Assembly (NCBI GenBank): GCA_046565505.1
Contig: JBKHYJ010000015.1
Span: forward strand, 13,600-77,599
From: Blastocatellia bacterium
Lineage (GTDB): Bacteria; Acidobacteriota; Blastocatellia; UBA7656
DNA: 64,000 bases
Direction of reading: 5' to 3'
Shown here: one piece after another, positions 58,033 to 64,000 of the stretch
How positions within the stretch are numbered: position 1 is the first letter of the stretch
Layout of the letters: each line of letters starts with the position of its first letter
The notes under the pieces: generated by a model
Database searches by the model: none
Told to the model about the DNA's origin: nothing
What the model saw: only the letters and a program-made list of their open reading frames with translations
Translations under genes and position numbers: made by a program

Positions 58033-58977
58033 TCAAGCGGCGTTCTGCTTGGAGATGCGCTTCCGGAAGTAATCAATCGTCGCGGCCAGCCCCTCTTCGA
58101 GGGAAATCTTCGGCTCCCAGCCGAGGTATTCGCGCGCCAGCGTGATGTCAGGCTTCCGCCGCCGAGGGTCGTCGGAAGGCAGCGGGCGGTATTCTATCTC
58201 CGACTCGCCCCCCGTCATCTCTAACACTTGTCGCGCGATCTCAACCACGGTCTTCTCGCAGGGGTTGCCGAGGTTGATAGGCCCGGTATGCTCCGAGTTC
58301 ATCATCCGTATCAGCCCATCGACGAGGTCCGACACGTAGCAGAACGAGCGCGTCTGCGACCCGTCCCCGAACACCGTCAGCGGTTGGCCGCGCAACGCCT
58401 GGACGATGAAGTTTGACACCACCCTGCCGTCGTCCGGGCACATCAGGGGGCCATAGGTGTTAAATATCCGCACGATCCGCACCTTCACGTCGTTCTGCCT
58501 GTGGTACTGCATCGTCAGGGCCTCGGCCACGCGCTTGCCTTCGTCGTACATGGACCGCTCGCCTATCGGGTTGCAGTTGCCCCAGTAAGTCTCCGGCTGC
58601 GGGTGCACGTCCGGGTCGCCATAGACCTCCGACGTGGACGCGAGCAGGAAGGGCGCGCCCACGCGCTTCGCGATTCCCAGCAGGTTGTAAGTCCCGAGGA
58701 AGTTCGTCTTGAGCGTCTTGATGCCATTGGATTGATAATGAATGGGCGAGGCGGGGCTGGCGAGGTGGTAGACCTGATCGACCTCCAGCAGCAGCGGCTC
58801 TATGACGTCATGCCGCCTGAACTCGAAACGTGAGTCGGCGATCAAATCCCGAATGTTCTCACGGCGTCCCGTGACGAGGTTATCAACGCAGATTATTTCG
58901 TTGCCTTCTTCGAGCAGCCTGCGGCAAAGGTGCGAGCCGATGAAGCCCGCGCCCCCGGCTACGAGTATTCGTTTCAT
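58033..58977 (-). CDS. UDP-glucuronate decarboxylase (UDP-xylose synthase), SDR-type NAD-dependent epimerase/dehydratase family
   Basis: [10 protein letters not shown], and YxxxK within a YDEGKRVAE context. Confidence 0.85.
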   Translation of the reverse strand: MKRILVAGGAGFIGSHLCRRLLEEGNEIICVDNLVTGRRENIRDLIADSRFEFRRHDVIEPLLLEVDQVYHLASPASPIHYQSNGIKTLKTNFLGTYNLLGIAKRVGAPFLLASTSEVYGDPDVHPQPETYWGNCNPIGERSMYDEGKRVAEALTMQYHRQNDVKVRIVRIFNTYGPLMCPDDGRVVSNFIVQALRGQPLTVFGDGSQTRSFCYVSDLVDGLIRMMNSEHTGPINLGNPCEKTVVEIARQVLEMTGGESEIEYRPLPSDDPRRRKPDITLAREYLGWEPKISLEEGLAATIDYFRKRISKQNAA

Positions 58978-59156
58978 TCTTGCTATGCCCTCGATGAAAC
59001 CGATTTTTGACTCCTTGCTTTCAGGCAGCCGATTCTAGCACAGATCAATAAGTTTATCCCCCGTTAAACGCTTGTTCACGCGGCACGCGATGAATCGCGC
59101 ACCGGCCCGGCCCCGACGGGGCGGGAGGCCCGCCCCCGGCCATTCTTTAACAACTC

Positions 59157-59645
59157 TCACCTGGAGCCCGCGCCGACTACCGCGCCTTCCGGATAATGCG
59201 TCGGCGGCCCGAGGTCTATCCCTTCGTCCTGTCGTTCGGGCTGCTGGCCTCGCAGTTGTTCGGCCATGCCCGCCCCGCGCCGTCCGCGTTGCGCCTGCGC
59301 GTTATAATCCGTCATGGCTACGACGCCCAGCGTAGCCAGCCCGCTAATCACATGAGTCCACGTCGCGGGTTTATTGCGCGAAAATCCCATCAGCCAGGGC
59401 GCGGCCGCGGTGGCGGCCCCCGCCACGGCCTCGATCACGCCGTGGGTCGGGAACGAGATCATCTTGACGGCTCCGAGCGGGTAATTCGTCATCAAGCTCA
59501 GACCCAGAATCGCCCCGCCGGAAGCGACGGAATTGACGGTCGCCGTCTTATTCTTGCTGAAGCCGAATAACCACGGCGCGGCTATCATCGCCCCCGCCCA
59601 GGCGTAATCCATCACGGCGTGCGGCAGCGGTTGTAGTTTCTTCAT
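59157..59645 (-). CDS. membrane protein with internal tandem duplication (SPW-repeat-like family)
   Basis: Two copies of an AAPW(L)(F/M)GFS(K/R)NK(T/P)AT...G...LG...MT(N/D)Y unit, each spanning two TM helices. Confidence 0.5.
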   Translation of the reverse strand: MKKLQPLPHAVMDYAWAGAMIAAPWLFGFSKNKTATVNSVASGGAILGLSLMTNYPLGAVKMISFPTHGVIEAVAGAATAAAPWLMGFSRNKPATWTHVISGLATLGVVAMTDYNAQAQRGRRGAGMAEQLRGQQPERQDEGIDLGPPTHYPEGAVVGAGSR

Positions 59646-59880
59646 GTCTGTTGCCTCCTGTTTGAACTAATCTCGAAAATTGTCCGGCTCACTGCATGGC
59701 CGGCCGCTACGGCAGATTAATGGCAATCAGCGGGCCAGCGGTCGGCGCCCCGAAGCTTGCCTTCGGCCGGCCCGCGCCGAGCGATGCGCGGCATTCATGG
59801 CCGGCCCGCGAGCAAAGTTTGTAGCCGCTCGATTGCCCGCGCAGGTCGCGGCCCGGTCCGCTCGGTCGCGGGCCGCAGGC

Positions 59881-60762
59881 TCAGCCGACTCGCCTTCTTA
59901 CCTCGGCGTCGGCCCCCACCTCGAAGTTGTAGGTGTCGCCGTGTTTCAGGTAGACGACCTGCATTTCGAGCCCGGCGGACTTGACCGCCTGCATGAAATC
60001 TTCAAGCGGCGATTTGAACACAGTGTAGTCGTTATAGTGAATGGGTATGGTCGTGCGCGGTTTTATGATCTTCATCGCCTCGACCCCCTGCCTGGCGTTC
60101 ATCGTCACCGTGATGCCGAGTATTTTCGTGCCCCCGAGGTGCATCAGGGCCAGCTCTATGACAGGGTATCGTTTCGGTATCTCTCTCAGGTCGTCGTGCA
60201 CGAGAGTATCGCCTGTGATGTAGAGGTGCAGCCTCGTATCACCGGCCCCGTCCTGGAATTCGAGCATGCTGCCCATCACGGGCGGGAGCAGGGCGTTCAT
60301 CAGGCCGGGCCCGTGCTTGCCGGGCATCGAAGTTATGCGCAGCCGGCCCCCCCCTTTTACAACCGAAAGCGATTCCCAGGTGTCGAGGCCATGCGTCGCC
60401 GTGAACCCTTTACCCTTCAGCGAGGACGCCGCATGCCGCGTCGTGATTATAGGCAGCGACTTATCGAGCTTCTCTTCCGCGATGCGGTCGAAGTGGTCTC
60501 CGTGCAGGTGCGAGAGCACGCATAAATCGAGCGGCGGCAGCTCGTGGATGTCTATCGCGGGGTTCGTCAGCCGCTTCGACGTAAGCCCATAGCCGAGGTG
60601 CACATGGTCCCCGCTGTGCAGGAAGTTAGGGTCCGTCAGGATCGTCAACCCGCCATAGCGCAGGATCACCGTCGCCGTCCCGACGAAGAAGATCGACCCG
60701 CGCGCGAAGTCTAGCCTCTCCCGCCCCGAGTCTTGAAGCGTAAGCGTTCGCTCCTCGCTCAT
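59881..60762 (-). CDS. metallo-beta-lactamase fold hydrolase
   Basis: HLHGDHFD (HxHxDH) motif and downstream His/Asp ligands. Confidence 0.75.
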   Translation of the reverse strand: MSEERTLTLQDSGRERLDFARGSIFFVGTATVILRYGGLTILTDPNFLHSGDHVHLGYGLTSKRLTNPAIDIHELPPLDLCVLSHLHGDHFDRIAEEKLDKSLPIITTRHAASSLKGKGFTATHGLDTWESLSVVKGGGRLRITSMPGKHGPGLMNALLPPVMGSMLEFQDGAGDTRLHLYITGDTLVHDDLREIPKRYPVIELALMHLGGTKILGITVTMNARQGVEAMKIIKPRTTIPIHYNDYTVFKSPLEDFMQAVKSAGLEMQVVYLKHGDTYNFEVGADAEVRRRVG

Positions 60763-60837
60763 AACGTATTCCCCTCTTTTATTTGCCGCGTCCGCCCTGT
60801 TTTCACCCTCAGCGTCGAAGGCATGCGGGTCGCCCCG

Positions 60838-62235
60838 TCAGTTGCGCCGCGCCGCCACGTCGCTGCCCATCGCCTGTTCGGCCGGGACCCCTCCGACCAT
60901 CTGTTGCGCGACTATCAGTTGACGCGCTTCGGCCCTCAGCCCCGGCAGGCGCAACGCGAAGATTGACGCGCCCAGTATGCAGACGGCGCCGCCCGCCGCC
61001 ACGGTGGCTGGCGCGCCGAGCCGCCCGGCCAGCACGCCGGCCAGCAGCGACCCCACGGGAGCCATGCCCATGAACATCATCGAGTAGACGGCCATCACGC
61101 GGCCTCGCAAATGATCCGGCACCATCGTCTGGATCAGCGTGTTTGAGGAAGCCATCTGCACCATCATAGACAGTCCCACCGGGACCAGCAGCGCCGCCGA
61201 TAACCAGAACGTGCGCGACAGTGAAAACAGTATCAGCCCGACGCCGAATCCCGCCGACGAGAAGGCCACCCACCGGCCGAGCCCCGCCACCCCCTTGCGG
61301 CCCGCGAGGGTCAACGCGCCCGCCAGCGCGCCTACCCCTGAAGCTCCCATCAGCACTCCGAGGCCGCTCGGGCCGCCGCGCAAAATGCGGTCTGCGATGA
61401 TGGGCATCAGCACGGCGTAAGGCATCCCGGCCAGGCTCACGACCCCCAGCAATAAGAGCAACGCGCGGATAGGCCCGGTCTGCCCGGCGAACCTGAAGCC
61501 CTCGACGACATCCGCCAGGGGCGAGCCCCCGTGCGCCGCGCGCGGGCGAATCGCGACTTTCATCATAAGCAGCCCCGCGATTACCGCCACGTAGCTCGCT
61601 CCATTGGCGAAGAAGCACCACCCCTCGCCTATGGCCGCGACCAGCACGCCCGCGACCGCCGGCCCGATGATGCGCGCCCCGTTGAACATAGACGAGTTCA
61701 GCGCGATGGCGTTTATCAAATCCTCCTTACCTACCATGTCGACGATGAACGCCTGGCGCGCGGGGATGTCGAAGGAATTGATGACGCCGAGCACCGCCGC
61801 GAAGGCGAATATATGCCCCACCTTGATAAGCCCTGACAGCGTCAGCGCGGCCAGGGCGAAGGCGAGCAGCATCGCCACCGTCTGCGTGATTATGATTATG
61901 CGCTGGCGGTTCTTCCTGTCCGCGACGATGCCGCCGATGGGCGCGAGCAGAAAGACAGGTATCTGGCTCGAAAACCCTACCAAGCCCAGCAGCACGGACG
62001 AGCCTGTCAGGCGATAAACGAGCCATGACTGCGCCACGGATTGCATCCACGTCCCCACCAGCGATATTAGCTGCCCGCCGAAGAACAGTTGAAAGTTGCG
62101 ATGCTTGAGCGCGCGTATGGCCGCGGGCAGACGGCCCCGATTGCCGCCCGCCGCGGGCTCATGCGAATCTTTGTGTTGCGTTGGTGAGGGGCTCGCGCTC
62201 GCTTCGCTTTCTGCTACTACGTTATTGCGCTTCAT
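60838..62235 (-). CDS. MFS transporter (12-14 TM)
   Basis: Hydrophobic repeats with MFS loop motifs. ORF 60838..62307, trimmed to the Met at MKRNNVV. Confidence 0.7.
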   Translation of the reverse strand: MKRNNVVAESEASASPSPTQHKDSHEPAAGGNRGRLPAAIRALKHRNFQLFFGGQLISLVGTWMQSVAQSWLVYRLTGSSVLLGLVGFSSQIPVFLLAPIGGIVADRKNRQRIIIITQTVAMLLAFALAALTLSGLIKVGHIFAFAAVLGVINSFDIPARQAFIVDMVGKEDLINAIALNSSMFNGARIIGPAVAGVLVAAIGEGWCFFANGASYVAVIAGLLMMKVAIRPRAAHGGSPLADVVEGFRFAGQTGPIRALLLLLGVVSLAGMPYAVLMPIIADRILRGGPSGLGVLMGASGVGALAGALTLAGRKGVAGLGRWVAFSSAGFGVGLILFSLSRTFWLSAALLVPVGLSMMVQMASSNTLIQTMVPDHLRGRVMAVYSMMFMGMAPVGSLLAGVLAGRLGAPATVAAGGAVCILGASIFALRLPGLRAEARQLIVAQQMVGGVPAEQAMGSDVAARRN

Positions 62236-62459
62236 AACAATAAAGGTAAGCGCACGGGCGCGGCCTGTCCATCCGCGCGGTGATCGCCGGGAGGGCGCGG
62301 CCGCCAATGACCTAGCCTGTTAAGGGAAGGCCGCGCGCTTCTCATATAAATGAAAGAGGGGGCCATAGCCCCCTCTTCGTCACAATCATCTTTAGCTCCA
62401 CCACGCTGTTTTAATAATAGTATTCAATAAACGACCGTGTGAGCTGTGGACGCTTGTGA

Positions 62460-62483
62460 GTGTTTGAATACCTTTTCAAACAC
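62460..62483. promoter_or_regulatory. perfect 9-bp inverted repeat (GTGTTTGAA-N6-TTCAAACAC) in an AT-rich segment
   Basis: Read directly from the sequence. It could be an operator or a hairpin. Confidence 0.3.
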
Positions 62484-62881
62484 GTCTATTTCCTATTCAA
62501 TTTGCGTGCTAAAGATTTCGCCATCCCTCTAATCTTATCGAATCCGGGCTAAGTCATATAACTAGAGAAGAAATGCGGCTGCCATCGGGCATGCGTTTTC
62601 CGCGTAGTCAGTTCTTACTTCACATTAGTTTCACATAGCTGGGTCAAGATTGTGTTTATTAACGAACCGTCATTCAAGCAGAGATCATCTCCGCGAGCGG
62701 CGAGGGCATCAAGAGTGGCGCCGCGCGACTCAAGGGTGGTCAGGTAAATGATTTCAGTGTACGCGCCCGTACATATCTCCAGCACATATATTGTTATGGT
62801 TTTAGAAATATGGTTGCGCACATCGCATCAAACGAGCCAGGCGCAGGTATAGAGTCGAACCCTAATAAGGAAGGGACGCAC

Positions 62882-63085
62882 ATGTTCACTCAGCGCCAGG
62901 ATGCGGCGATCAATCTGCTCGCGACCGGCTACAGTGTTGCCGATGCGGCGGCCGTGCTCGGCGTGTCGCGAAGCATCCTGGACAAGTGGCGGAATCGCAA
63001 TCCGGTCTTCGAGCAGGAGATAAACAGGCGACGCCAGGAGATAGGAGTGCCCGCCAAAAGGGCGCCGCGTCATAAGAGCGTCTAA
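62882..63085 (+). CDS. small helix-turn-helix protein (orphan, 67 aa)
   Basis: An AAGGAAGGGA RBS. The HTH reads GYSVADAAAVLGVSRSILDKWRNR. It lies at the edge of an AT-rich segment. Confidence 0.4.
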   Translation: MFTQRQDAAINLLATGYSVADAAAVLGVSRSILDKWRNRNPVFEQEINRRRQEIGVPAKRAPRHKSV

Positions 63086-63306
63086 TCGCCCGGCAGTGGC
63101 TCGGCCAATTCGACACGCGGCCCTCACCAGATTAATCCGTCAGAAATGTTAGAGTGGACCTGCCTCGTGCGGCAAGGTCGGCCTGTGAATCGCTTTCATT
63201 GCGCCGGCCGTCTTCGCGCGGATGAAGGGCCGTTTCGGTTCCAAGTCGTATGGCGGCCGGCGGAGGGGCGGGCAGCGCCCGCCCCCGTACTTTCGGCCAT
63301 CGCCTT

Positions 63307-63630
63307 CTACGAAGTCGGTCCGGTGTTGGTTGCGCCCCCCGTTGAAGCGGCCGACAACTCCACGTCTCCGCCGCCCGCGTTGCGCCCCGAGCCGCCCTGT
63401 TGTGACAGGAGCCTGCCGAGGTGCTGTTGGAGTTGTTGGATCGTCTGCCGGTCCTGTTGCATGACCTGTTCTATGACGCGCGCAATTTCCTGATCGCCCT
63501 TCGCGTCGTCCAGGTACTTCTGGTACGCCTCAATGCCCTTAGACTTTTCGTGCAGGATAGTGATCAGGTCGAACGTGAGATCATCGAGCGGAAAATTCCC
63601 GCCCTGCTTTGAACCGCTCTGACTCGACAT
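63307..63630 (-). CDS. hypothetical helical protein (possible stress-associated four-helix bundle)
   Basis: A strong AAGGAGGA RBS before the ATG at 63630. The C-terminus is Gln-rich. Confidence 0.45.
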   Translation of the reverse strand: MSSQSGSKQGGNFPLDDLTFDLITILHEKSKGIEAYQKYLDDAKGDQEIARVIEQVMQQDRQTIQQLQQHLGRLLSQQGGSGRNAGGGDVELSAASTGGATNTGPTS

Positions 63631-63732
63631 CGTGCTTTCCTCCTTAGTAATTGATCGGTCATTAAGATTCGGCGCCAACCGCGCGGCCCGCCGAAGTGAG
63701 CCGCTGTTGTTTCCGCGGCCGGCGGTTCGCGG

Positions 63733-63993
63733 CTAGCGCCGCCGAGAATTCTCTACTTGCAACTCGTTGGTGACCGCGAACAGGCCGGGCACGCCGCGCG
63801 CCCTGATGTAAGCTATGTTCTTGTCCGCCTCCGTGGCAACGACCCCTTTCAACGTCGCCCTGCCCCTGTTCACTATAATGTGAATGGGGGGGACGGAGCG
63901 CGTGGCGTAGCGAAACAGCGGCGAGTTCCAATTGAATATGGCGCGGTACACGGCCAGCCGCAGGCGGTCATCGGCGGGCGACACGGGCAGCAC
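63733..63993 (-). CDS. BON-domain protein (OsmY-like), probably truncated by window edge
   Basis: The segment IVNRGRATLKGVVATEADKNIAYIRARGVPGLFAVTNELQV matches the BON-domain pattern. The ORF runs to within 7 nt of the window end. Confidence 0.45.
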   Translation of the reverse strand: MLPVSPADDRLRLAVYRAIFNWNSPLFRYATRSVPPIHIIVNRGRATLKGVVATEADKNIAYIRARGVPGLFAVTNELQVENSRRR

Positions 63994-64000
63994 CTCTATT

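Noticed and set aside
1-64000. CRISPR arrays, IS elements, integrases, prophage blocks
   Set aside because: I found no regularly spaced direct repeats and no transposase, integrase or recombinase-like ORFs anywhere in the window.

Overview
This is a high-GC window (roughly 65-70% GC; a lower-GC stretch at about 19.5-24.5 kb), gene-dense on both strands, consistent with a soil Acidobacteriota-like chromosome; that assignment is inferred from gene content and composition only. I see no rRNA, tRNA, CRISPR array, transposase or integrase.

Housekeeping and envelope genes:
- Peptide methionine sulfoxide reductase MsrB
- ABC-F family ATPase
- Tat-exported M24 peptidase
- Short-chain dehydrogenase/reductase (SDR)
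- PdxJ
- D-alanine--D-alanine ligase (Ddl)
- Arginase
- Lytic transglycosylase
- Aspartate aminotransferase
- CoaD
- UDP-glucuronate decarboxylase
- MFS transporter
- Metallo-beta-lactamase-fold hydrolase
- An outer-membrane beta-barrel protein

The most notable block is a contiguous plus-strand cluster at about 32.8-44.1 kb:
- It contains a formate/nitrite-family channel, a PQQ alcohol dehydrogenase of the lanthanide XoxF/ExaF type (it carries the DYD signature), a XoxJ-like binding protein, and a lipoprotein c-type cytochrome.
- A complete caa3-type cytochrome c oxidase operon follows (coxB with a heme-c tail, ctaD, coxC, a small membrane protein, and a CtaG-type assembly factor).
- The cluster ends with a YVTN beta-propeller protein (the PQQ-catabolism-associated type) and a NUDIX hydrolase.
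- A sigma-54-type -24/-12 element sits about 200 nt upstream of xoxF.

Other notable content:
- A cyanophycin locus: cphB and cphA are co-oriented, and an isoaspartyl dipeptidase gene (iadA) lies divergently across a 1 kb non-coding spacer.
- A two-gene, translationally coupled operon: a polytopic membrane protein plus an exported protein with an N-terminal His immediately after the predicted signal-peptide cut and a Met/His-rich tail. This may be a copper-handling module.
- A 1086-aa GAF-PAS-GGDEF-EAL protein with C-terminal PilZ domain(s).
- An 800-aa fusion of a serine beta-lactamase/DD-peptidase-like domain with a VanX-type D-Ala-D-Ala dipeptidase domain.
- A tricorn protease homolog.
- A zinc-ribbon Ser/Thr kinase with an extracytoplasmic NTF2-like domain.
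- A large VPS10/BNR (sortilin-like) exported protein.
- A roughly 5 kb lower-GC islet carrying a Crp/Fnr regulator, an XRE regulator, an orphan cobQ and a GC-rich structured non-coding island.
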